Below, piece after piece: positions 54,205-63,100 of a stretch of DNA of 64,000 nucleotides. A program made the translations under genes and the position numbers. A model generated the notes under the pieces. That model ran no database searches, had not been told where the DNA came from, and was given only the letters and a program-made list of their open reading frames with translations. Origin of the DNA: Pseudomonadota bacterium (GTDB lineage: Bacteria > Pseudomonadota > Gammaproteobacteria > Steroidobacterales > Steroidobacteraceae). Position 1 is the first letter of the stretch, and the number at the start of each line of letters is the position of its first letter. The DNA lies in NCBI GenBank assembly GCA_018241425.1, contig JAFEDU010000008.1, positions 5,424 through 69,423 of the forward strand, in the 5' to 3' direction.

Positions 54205-54313
54205 GGAACTCTAGGGGAGCCTCGGGCGCGCGGCGGGACGCTTAAGCGCGCGTTCATCGCAGGTCCGGTGCCGTGCGCGAGCCCTTGAGGCCCGTGCCGC
54301 CACCGTCGGCGAC

Positions 54314-54571
54314 TCATTTCTTCGGCTTGTTGGCGGTGTTCGGGCCCGGGCTGTCGCCGGCGTCCCAGGAACCGCGAACCTGTTCGGCCCAGCTCTTGTA
54401 GTTGGACCAGGTGTAGAGGTTGCGCGTGATCGCCGCCTGGCGGGCACGGGCACGCTGCATCCGGTCCAGCCAGCTGGCGTACGCATCCGCGCCGCCCGGC
54501 CCGTTCGGATTCGGCGGCGGTTCGCGCTGCGCGCCGGGTGCGTCGTCGCGCCCCCTGTCACTCGAGCTCAT
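54314..54571 (-). CDS. small hydrophilic protein (85 aa), unknown function
   Basis: ATG 54571 preceded by AGGGAG. GC-rich third positions. Trp/Arg-rich core (YASWLDRMQRARARQAAITRNLYTWSNYKSWAEQVRGSW). Confidence 0.55.
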   Translation of the reverse strand: MSSSDRGRDDAPGAQREPPPNPNGPGGADAYASWLDRMQRARARQAAITRNLYTWSNYKSWAEQVRGSWDAGDSPGPNTANKPKK

Positions 54572-54738
54572 GAGAAGCTCCCTGATACCTTGCGAACGAG
54601 CGTACGTGTTCGCCCTCAGCGCCGCAGGAACTGGTTCACAGGCATGTCGCCTGTGGCGGACGCCGCGGCGCCTCACCTCGCGCAGCTGTGGAGCGCGTGC
54701 ACGCGCCGGGAGCGTTATGTGAAGGCGCCTGGAACGCG

Positions 54739-56118
54739 CTAGCCGACCAGGCGATATACCGGCCGGTAGGTGCTGCCGGGCAGGCGCATGCGCTGCTGCG
54801 CGACGAACGCCGCCAGGAGCTCATCGAGCGCGCGCATGAGCGAGGGATCGCCGGTGAGCTCGTAGGGGCCGAGTGACTCGATCGCCTGGATGCCGGCTTC
54901 CTTGACGTTACCGGTCACGATCCCGGAGAACGCGCGCCTGAGGTTCGCGGCGAGCTCGTGCACGGGCTGCTCACGGTGCAGGTTGAGCTGGCGCATGCTC
55001 GCGTGCGTCACCTCGAACGGGCGCTGGAACTCGGGACGGATGCTGAGCAGCCAGTTGAAGTTGTAGGAGTCGCTCGCCTTGCGCCGGAACTCGCGCACCG
55101 CGTCCATGCCGCGCACCATGCGGCGCGCCACTTCCGGCGGGTCGTCGATGATCAGGGTGAAGCGGCGCACCGCCTCGCTCCCGAGTACCCCCTCGACGAA
55201 GCGCAGCACGTGCTCGAAGTAGGCCGCGCTCTCCTTCGGTCCGGTCAGCACCACCGGGAACGGCTGCGCCTTGTTGGCGGGGTCCAGGAGGATGCCAGTC
55301 AGGTACAGGATCTCCTCGGCCGTGCCGGCCCCGCCCGGGAACACCACGATACCGTGGGCCATGCGCACGAACGCCTCGAGGCGTTTCTCGATGTCCGGCA
55401 TGATCGCCAGCTGCGTGACGATGGCATTGGGGGGCTCGGCGGCGATGATGCCGGGCTCGGTGATGCCGATGTAGCGGCTGTGCTCAAGGCGCTGCTTGGC
55501 GTGGCCAATGGTGGCGCCCTTCATCGGGCCCTTCATGGCCCCGGGCCCGCAACCGGTGCACACGTCCAGCGCCCGCAGCCCGAGCTCGTAGCCGACGTTC
55601 TTGGTGTACTGGTACTCGCGTGCATCGATCGAGTGGCCGCCCCAGCAGACCACGAGGTTCGGGCGCGCCTTGTAGTCGAGCAGGCGTGCGTTGCGCAGCA
55701 CGTGGAAGACGGCGTTGGTGATCGAGGCGGAGTCGGTGAGGTCGAAGCGGCCGCTGGCGATGATCTCGTTGGCGATGAACACCACGTCGCGCAGCACGGC
55801 GAACAGGTGCTCCTTGATGCCGCGGATCATCTGGCCGTCGACGAAGGCCGCCGCCGGCGCGTTGTGCATCTCGAGCTTCACCCCCCAGGGGTGGCGCACG
55901 ATGCGGATGTCGAAGTCGCGGTAGCGCTCGAAGACGTCCTTGGCGTTGTCGGTCGGGGCGCCGGAGTTCAGGACCGCCAGCGCGCAGCGGCGGAACAGCG
56001 GGTAGACCCCGCCCTGCCCGGTGTCGAGGAGCTTGTCGATCTCGCTCTGGGACAGGTTCTCGAGGGAACCGCGGGGACCGACGCGGGCGTCGACGAACTC
56101 GGAAAACTCACTCGACAC
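54739..56118 (-). CDS. ppnN: nucleotide 5'-monophosphate nucleosidase PpnN (YgdH, LOG family)
   Basis: 459 aa with LVVCWGGHSI and the LOG motif VFPGGAGTAEE. N- and C-terminal extensions as in PpnN. Confidence 0.9.
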   Translation of the reverse strand: MSSEFSEFVDARVGPRGSLENLSQSEIDKLLDTGQGGVYPLFRRCALAVLNSGAPTDNAKDVFERYRDFDIRIVRHPWGVKLEMHNAPAAAFVDGQMIRGIKEHLFAVLRDVVFIANEIIASGRFDLTDSASITNAVFHVLRNARLLDYKARPNLVVCWGGHSIDAREYQYTKNVGYELGLRALDVCTGCGPGAMKGPMKGATIGHAKQRLEHSRYIGITEPGIIAAEPPNAIVTQLAIMPDIEKRLEAFVRMAHGIVVFPGGAGTAEEILYLTGILLDPANKAQPFPVVLTGPKESAAYFEHVLRFVEGVLGSEAVRRFTLIIDDPPEVARRMVRGMDAVREFRRKASDSYNFNWLLSIRPEFQRPFEVTHASMRQLNLHREQPVHELAANLRRAFSGIVTGNVKEAGIQAIESLGPYELTGDPSLMRALDELLAAFVAQQRMRLPGSTYRPVYRLVG

Positions 56119-56126
56119 GGGTCGGC

Positions 56127-56678
56127 TCAGGGCAGGATGTCGATCGGGGCGTCGTCCGGAACCAGCATCCAGATCTCGACCATGTCGGCGTTGGAGACGG
56201 CGATGCAGCCGTCGGTCCAGTCGTGGTTCGCGTAGTACTCCGGGTCGTGCTTCAGGGTGTTCGGCAGCCCGTGGATCATGATCGAGCCCCCGGTCTGCCA
56301 GTGATGGGCGCGCGCCCGGCGGGTGTCGTCCGCGTTGGGATAGGACACCTGCATCGACAGGAAGAAGTCACTGCGCGGGTTGCGGCGCTCGAGGCGGTAG
56401 GACCCTTCCGGGGTGCGGAAGTCGCCCGAGCGCTCCTTCTGGCCGGTGGGGTTGAGCCCGAGCTGCACGTGGTAGGAGCGCACCACGTTCCCGCCGTGCA
56501 TCAGCACCAGCGTGCGCTGCGACTTGCGCACCACGATGCGGTCGACGGTGGGGAGCTTGTCCAGGGTGGCCGCAGGCGCGGCGCTGCCGCCCGCGATGTC
56601 GGGCATGCCGTCGGCGCGCGCGAGCATGCTCAGTCCACACAGGACCGCGAGCCCGCTCAAGCTCCTGAAAGACCTCAT
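56127..56678 (-). CDS. L,D-transpeptidase catalytic-domain protein (YkuD/YafK-like)
   Basis: ATG 56678 with signal peptide (MRSFRSLSGLAVLCGLSMLARA). Motifs FRTPEGSY, IMIHG and TDGCIAV. Confidence 0.85.
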   Translation of the reverse strand: MRSFRSLSGLAVLCGLSMLARADGMPDIAGGSAAPAATLDKLPTVDRIVVRKSQRTLVLMHGGNVVRSYHVQLGLNPTGQKERSGDFRTPEGSYRLERRNPRSDFFLSMQVSYPNADDTRRARAHHWQTGGSIMIHGLPNTLKHDPEYYANHDWTDGCIAVSNADMVEIWMLVPDDAPIDILP

Positions 56679-56770
56679 TTTATGGGCGCCCAACCACACG
56701 ACTGGCGCGGATTATAGGCGCCATGAGGCCGCCGCGGCACGGGCGTCCGTCACAGCAGGCCCGCCGCCCG

Positions 56771-58834
56771 TCAGCCATTGCCGGCGACCTCCTCCACCCG
56801 CGGCAGCACGATCTGCGTCCCGGGCCGCAGCTCGGCGAAGTCGACCTCGGGGTTGTACTGCTGCAGCAGCCACAGCGGGAGCGGGATATGCGCGCGCTGC
56901 AGCAGGGTCCAGGCCGAGTCGCCGCTGCGCGCGATGTACACCTCGGTGCCGACGATGCGGTGGGAGGCGAAGTAGCTCGCCTGCAGCTCGCGGTGGTACT
57001 CGTGGCGGTGCGCCTCGAAGGCCTCGCGGGTGACCTTGCGGAACTCCAGGTGCAGTCGCTCGCCCACGCGCACGGTGCGCTTGGTGCTGAAGTGGTTGAG
57101 CTCGCGCACGCGCTGGGTCGAGAGGCCCGACCAGTCGGCGAAGTGCCCGAGGGTTTCATCGACGGCCACGCGGATCGTGTCGTCCTTGGCCACCGAGTAA
57201 TCGGTGGGATCGGCGCTCTGCTCGGCATCCGCGCCCGGGCCGACCGAAGGCCCGGCGGCATCGGCCTGCGCGGCGCTCACGACTTCGATGGTGATGACCG
57301 GGTGCTTGTCGGGCGCGTGCGCCGCCCGGGCGGCGGCCGCGTCCTCGGCGCTCTCGCGCTGGGCGACGTCGGCGCTCACGGCACCGCCACCCGAGGGCGG
57401 GGCGACGGTGGCGGCCACGGGTGCCGAGGCCGGCGCTACCGGCGCCGGGGCCGGCGTGGTGGTCGATGCGATCGCACTGGCAAGCGTCGGCGCTGCCGGC
57501 TCGGGCAGCGTGAGCAGCCGGCCCGGGGAGACATGGGCACTGGTGCGCAGGTGGTTCAGGCGTGCCAGCTGCTCGACGGGCACGTTGAACTCCCCGGCGA
57601 CGCTCACGAGCGTGTCGCCCTTCTGGGTGCGGTAGCGGCGCGGGCCGCGCTGGCCTGCGAACAGCTCCCCTGGGCCCAAGCGCTGCGCCAGGAGCTCGCT
57701 GGTCCAGACATCGCCCTGCAGGGGCAGGCGCAGCCGGTAGTCCTTGGGCACGCGCTGCGAACCGGTCCACACCGGCGGCAGGAGGGCCGGGTTGAGCTCG
57801 TGCAGGAGCCCGCTGTCGATCTTGAGGGTGTGCGCGAGGGCCCCGACGGCCACGAAGGCCGGCAGCGCCACCTCGCGGAAGCGCGCCTCGCCCTGGCGCT
57901 GCAGCGACCCGAAATACTTCTCGGGGTTACGGTCGATCTCGAGCGCGGCCAGGAAGGAGACGTAGAAGTTGCGCGAGGCGAAGCCGAAGGTGCGCCCGCT
58001 GTAGCCGCGCACGATCTTCACGATGTCGTCGGTCCCCATCTGCTCCTTGGCGCGCAGCATGCCGGCCGTGCCGTGGTTGTAGGCCGTGAGCGCGAGCGGC
58101 CAGGTGCCGAGCAGCCGGTAGTTGTAGGCGAGCAGCTGGGCGGCGGCCTCGGTGGAGCGGAATGGGTCGAGGCGGTCATCGACCGCGCTGTCGATGCGCA
58201 TGTAGCGCCGCCCGGTCGAGCGCATGAACTGCCACAGGCCCGCGGCGCCGACCTTGGAGTACGCCGAGGGGTTGAAGGAAGACTCGACGTGCGGGAGGGC
58301 GGCGAGCTCGGCCGGGAGGCCGAGGTTCGCGAGCGTCTCGGCGATGTGGGTCTCCCAGGCGCCGGAGCGGACCAGGCCCGCCCGGAAGCGATCCGCTTGC
58401 CCAAGCTGGAAGCGGATGTCGTCGATCGCCTCGCGCAGGCGCGCGGGCGTGGCGTCAGCACCCCACAGCTCGCGCACGTGCTGGTCCTCGGGCGAAAGCT
58501 GCGCGTCACCGGCGTCGGCGATGCGTTTCAGTGCAGCGGCGATCGCCTCGCGGGCGGAGTCGACCTGGCGCTGCCGCTCGCGGGGCGGGGTATCCGCATC
58601 GAAGTGCAGCGTCTGATAAACGATCGCGAGGTTGTACTGGTCGTGCAGGACGCCGGAGTTGGTGTCGAGCTGCGAATACACGCGCACCCAGAACTGCACG
58701 TCGCGCTCGAGCTCCGGTGGCCGGGGCATCGGGTTGTCGGCGAAGGCGGGCGCGAGCGCGAGCAGAGCGCCCAGGAGGAGCACGATGGAGGCGAGCAGAC
58801 GGGAATTGAACTTAAGACGTCCTGTCGGGTTCAT
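56771..58834 (-). CDS. mltD: lytic murein transglycosylase D-like protein (SLT domain plus LysM repeats)
   Basis: 687 aa. SLT motifs VESSFNPSAYSKVGAAGLWQFM and AYNHG. At least three LysM-like segments (YRTQKGDTLVSVAGEFNV, YSVAKDDTI, YIARSGDSAWTLLQR). Confidence 0.9.
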   Translation of the reverse strand: MNPTGRLKFNSRLLASIVLLLGALLALAPAFADNPMPRPPELERDVQFWVRVYSQLDTNSGVLHDQYNLAIVYQTLHFDADTPPRERQRQVDSAREAIAAALKRIADAGDAQLSPEDQHVRELWGADATPARLREAIDDIRFQLGQADRFRAGLVRSGAWETHIAETLANLGLPAELAALPHVESSFNPSAYSKVGAAGLWQFMRSTGRRYMRIDSAVDDRLDPFRSTEAAAQLLAYNYRLLGTWPLALTAYNHGTAGMLRAKEQMGTDDIVKIVRGYSGRTFGFASRNFYVSFLAALEIDRNPEKYFGSLQRQGEARFREVALPAFVAVGALAHTLKIDSGLLHELNPALLPPVWTGSQRVPKDYRLRLPLQGDVWTSELLAQRLGPGELFAGQRGPRRYRTQKGDTLVSVAGEFNVPVEQLARLNHLRTSAHVSPGRLLTLPEPAAPTLASAIASTTTPAPAPVAPASAPVAATVAPPSGGGAVSADVAQRESAEDAAAARAAHAPDKHPVITIEVVSAAQADAAGPSVGPGADAEQSADPTDYSVAKDDTIRVAVDETLGHFADWSGLSTQRVRELNHFSTKRTVRVGERLHLEFRKVTREAFEAHRHEYHRELQASYFASHRIVGTEVYIARSGDSAWTLLQRAHIPLPLWLLQQYNPEVDFAELRPGTQIVLPRVEEVAGNG

Positions 58835-59273
58835 TTACACCTGGTACCGGGTACGGGTTCTGTCAGCACATCAAGGAGTTGCGGGGCCAAGCTGCCCGAA
58901 GCGCAGTCTCGGCGGCCCGGATAATACGTCGATGCTTTTGACACTTCGAGCGCAAAGCGGTTGCCGGGCCTCGGCCGCTGGATCGGCCACACCCGGCGTT
59001 GCGGGGCCGTAACTGCGGACTGCGTCACACTTGACAGGCACTTCGACCGCAACATGTTACATGGACGGGCGCGCGCGCCGCATTGGCATGAGTGTTGCTC
59101 ATATCTACTCACCGACGGCAGATACCGCCGGGAAGGAAGCCACGAAGCCACGGGATAACCGAAACAAGAGCGCAAAGTCGGATGCTGTCGAGGGACGACT
59201 CGCCGATTCCCGCGCCTGACCAGATAACGATAACTACAAAGACACTCCTCCACACACAAGCAAGCGACCGACA

Positions 59274-59298
59274 CCCCGCCTTCAGCGGGGTTTTTTTT
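59274..59298 (+). terminator. rho-independent terminator of an unannotated plus-strand transcript
   Basis: Stem ccccgc / gcgggg (59274-59279 and 59285-59290), 5-nt loop, then eight T (59291-59298). Confidence 0.7.
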
Positions 59299-59319
59299 GC
59301 CTGGCCGCCGCGCACGGGC

Positions 59320-59349
59320 AAAAAAGAAGGCGGCCATGTGGCCGCCTTC
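59320..59349 (-). terminator. rho-independent terminator of the nrdJab operon
   Basis: Perfect 10-bp stem gaaggcggcc / ggccgccttc (59326-59335 and 59340-59349), loop atgt. The plus-strand A6 (59320-59325) reads as T6 after the hairpin on the minus strand. Confidence 0.75.
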
Positions 59350-59399
59350 GACAAAGGGTTCGCCCGGAGTCTGTCAGTCTTGCGTTCGTCGGATCGGAC

Positions 59400-60128
59400 T
59401 CACCCACACTTCGAGTCGCCGCAGTTAAGGCAGGTCATGCACCCATCCATCATGACCACCGCGGCGGTGCTGCAACGGCCGCACAGCTGTGCCCCATCGG
59501 GGAAGTGCGACTTGGCAAAGGCATCGGCCTGCTTGGTGCGTGCCTCGAACTCGGCGCGCTTCTCGTCCACCATCTTCTGCTGGTGCTCGTCGAGCTGCGG
59601 CTTGCGCATCAGCCCGATAGTCTGCAGGTGCTTCTCGATCACGTGGCCGAGCTCGGCGATGATCGAGGGCATGAACTTGCCGCCCGGCTGCCAGTAGCCG
59701 CCGCGCGGGTCAAACACCGCCTTCAGCTCATCGACCAGGAAAGTGACGTCGCCGCCCTTCCGGAACACGGCCGAGATGATGCGCGTCAGCGCCACGATCC
59801 ACTGGAAGTGGTCGAGGTTCTTCGAGTTGATGAACACCTCGAAGGGACGACGCTGCTCGTACTCAGTTCCCTCGTTCAGCACGATGTCGTTGATGGTCAC
59901 GTACATCGCATGGTCTGAGATCGGCGTCTTGATCTTGTAGGTCGAGCCGACGAGCACCTCGGGGCGCTCGAGCTTCTCGTGCATGCGGATGACCTTGGCC
60001 ATGTGGCCATTGCGGTCGCGCACGGTCTCGCCGTCACCTGACTTTGCCTCGGCGGGCTTCTCGGCCGGCTTGTCCTCCGGCCTCTGCACCGCGTACTTGA
60101 CGATCTTGCGTTCGATCTTGATAGCCAT
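59400..60128 (-). CDS. nrdJb: class II ribonucleotide reductase small fragment NrdJb
   Basis: ATG 60128 (MAIKIERKIV) in ORF 59400..60158. It corresponds to the C-terminal part of monomeric NrdJ, as in Pseudomonas split nrdJa/nrdJb. C-terminal Cys cluster CGRCSTAAVVMMDGCMTCLNCGDSKCG. Confidence 0.85.
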   Translation of the reverse strand: MAIKIERKIVKYAVQRPEDKPAEKPAEAKSGDGETVRDRNGHMAKVIRMHEKLERPEVLVGSTYKIKTPISDHAMYVTINDIVLNEGTEYEQRRPFEVFINSKNLDHFQWIVALTRIISAVFRKGGDVTFLVDELKAVFDPRGGYWQPGGKFMPSIIAELGHVIEKHLQTIGLMRKPQLDEHQQKMVDEKRAEFEARTKQADAFAKSHFPDGAQLCGRCSTAAVVMMDGCMTCLNCGDSKCG

Positions 60129-60154
60129 CGTGATTACCTGCTCGGGGAAGACGC

Positions 60155-63100
60155 TCAATAGCGCCCGTAAAAACCGTCCTTGATCGCATCGAATAGATTT
60201 GCCGCCGTATGAATTTCGCCGTCGTAGTCGACTTCTTCGTCACCACGAACTTCGATCACGCTGCCATCGTCAAGGGTGAACTTGTAGATGGTGTTCTTGA
60301 GGTCCTGTTCCTTAACGAGGACGCCCTGGAAGGCTTCGGGGTTGAAGCGGAAGGTGGTGCAACCCTTCAGCCCCTGCTCGTGTGCATACAGATAGATGTC
60401 CTTGAACTGCGCGTAGGGGAAATTCGTAGGCACGTTCGCCGTCTTAGAAATCGACGAATCGATCCACTTCTGGGACGCAGCCTGCACCTCGACATGCTCT
60501 TTGGGAGTGATGTCGTCCGCGGAGATGAAGTAATCCGGCAGTCTCTCTGCATCGCTGGTGGCTCCAGGCTTGGCGTTCGGGTTGATGAGCTCCCGATAAG
60601 CCAGTAGTTCGAAGGAATAAACGTCGATCTTTTCCTTGGACTTCTTGCCTTCCCGGATCACGTTCCTGAAGTAGTGATGCGCAAAAGACGGCTCGATTCC
60701 GTTCGATGCATTGTTGGCAAGCGACAGCGAGATCGTGCCGGTCGGCGCGATCGACGTGTGGTGCGTGAAGCGCGCCCCAATTTCTGCGAGTTCATGCACC
60801 AGCTGCGGCGCCACGGAGGCAACGCGCTGCATGTAGCGGCTGTATTTGGCGTGCAGGAGTCTCCCGGCGATCTTGGAACCGGGCTTCCAGCCATCGCGCG
60901 CCATCTCTGGGCGCTTGCGCAGCAGCTCCTTGGTGACCGTGAACTCTTCGTTCATGATCGGCGCCGGCCCTTTTTCACGCGCCAGGTCGAGAGCGGCTTC
61001 CCAGCCCGCGACCGCCATCTCACGCGATACGTCCTCGGTGAACTGGATCGACTCGGGCGATCCGTACTTCATCTTCAGCAGCGTCATCGTGCTGCCGAGC
61101 CCGAGGAACCCCATGCCATGGCGGCGCTTGCGCATGATCTCGTTGCGTTGCTGCTCGAGCGGCAGCCCGTTCACCTCGACTACGTTGTCGAGCATGCGGG
61201 TAAACACGCGCACCACCTCGCGGTACTCGTTCCAGTCGAACTCCGCGAAATCGGTGAACGGATGCTTCACGAAGCGCGTCAGGTTCACCGAACCTAACAG
61301 GCACGAGCCGTATGGCGGAAGCGGCTGCTCGCCGCAGTTCCCTGTCACGAGCCCGTTAAAGATGAGATTGTTCTTGTCCGCCTGCGTAGTGTCGAACACC
61401 GGCTCGCGGCCGACAAACTCGATCGCCGCGATCGGGCTCACGAACTTCTCTCGGTAGGCAGTCGGATGCTGCTCCTTCCATTCGTGGTACTTGCGGTTCT
61501 TCGACTCTGAGATGAAGCCGATCTCTTCCATGAAGCGATCGCGCGAACCCGACCCTATGATGAGCTCATAGTCAGCCTTGCAGTCGTAGAGCTTCTTCCC
61601 GCCCTTCCCGTCCGGCAGCAGCCGCTGGCCCGCTTCGCGGCGCTTGAGCACGCGGCAGAAGATGCCGAAGTTCGCCAGCAGCACCTGTACGTCCTTGAGG
61701 AGCGAGGGCTGGCTCGAGGCCAGCCGGATCGTGCAGTAGGCGTTCTTGTCATCGCGCTGCACGGTCCCGTCGGACTGGAACAGTCCGCGCAGGTAGCCGC
61801 GCACGAAGCCCTCATTGCCGCGCCAGATGATCTCCGGCACCTGCGTCTTGGCGCTGGCGTTGAACCCATAGAACTCGAGCAGCATGCGCGCAAGCAATAC
61901 GGAGCGGATCTGGAGCAGGTTGCGGTCGGGCACTGCGACGGTGCTGACCGTGTACTGCCGATGGTTGTGCGACCAGCCGCGAATCATCGTGTTGATGTAC
62001 TGCGCCAGCTCCTCGGCGTATTCGCGGTCTTCGCCCCACAGGTCGATGACGGCCGCAGTCTTGCCGTCACGGCCGGTGAAGTGCCCATCGCCAGTGATAA
62101 GGCCGAGGACGACACCAAGTTCCTCCTCTCCGCACCCGCCGAACTGGCCCTTGCCGGACTGCACGAGCAGTTCGTCACCGGACTTCAGGTCCTTGAGCTT
62201 CAGCTTGCCGCGGGTGGTATAGAACTCGTGCCACTCGGTGGCCTTGATCTCGTAGCCATCGGCGGTCGTGACCCGGTAGACGTCAGCCGAGGTGGCGGTC
62301 ATGAAGGCCGGCACGGCTTCGCGCACCTCGGTGCCGAGCTCACTCTGGCCCAACGCACGCTTGTCGACTGTCGCCAGGATGTTCACCCGAGCGTCGTACA
62401 GGTCGCCGATGCGAACCACGCCGTAGCGGGTGTGCAGGCGGGTATCTGCGGTGACGCACGGGTTGGTGGCGCGGATGTTCTCGCACCACCAGTTGTTGTT
62501 CATCTCGTTGACGCGATCGATGAGGATGAATCCCGGCTCGGCGAAATCGTAGGTCGACGTCATGATGACGTCCCACATGCGACGCGCCGGCAGCGTCTTG
62601 TAGATCTTGCAGGCGACGAGCCCCTCTTCGTTGACGACGTAACCGTCGTGCACTGGCCACTCGCGCCAGCTGAACTTGCTGGCGTCACCGAGATTGGGCT
62701 TGTCGGATTCGTACTCTTTCAGGGAGAGCGGGAAGGCGAGTTGCCAGTCGCGATCCTCGCGCACTGCCTTCATGAATTCGTCGGTAATCAGGAGCGAGAG
62801 GTTGAACTGGCGCAAGCGCCCGTTCTCGCGCTTCGCGCGGATGAACTCCATGGCGTCCGGGTGCCCGACATCGAAGGTCCCCATCTGCGCGCCACGGCGA
62901 CCGCCGGCCGAGGAGACGGTGAAACACATCTTGTCGAAGATATCCATGAAGGACAGCGGACCGGACGTGTAGGCGCCCGCGCCAGAAACGTAAGCGCCAC
63001 GCGGCCTTAGCGTCGAATGCTCATAACCGATCCCACAACCCGACTTCAGCGTAAGCCCAGCCTCGTGTACTTTCCGCAGAATGTCGTCCATCGAGTCACG

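Noticed and set aside
59088-59219. 43-codon ORF (MSVAHIYSPTADTAGKEATKPRDNRNKSAKSDAVEGRLADSRA) as a protein-coding gene.
   Set aside because: It has no Shine-Dalgarno sequence, third codon positions are not GC-biased like real genes in this window, and I recognise no family. It is kept only as an alternative reading of the sRNA-candidate finding.
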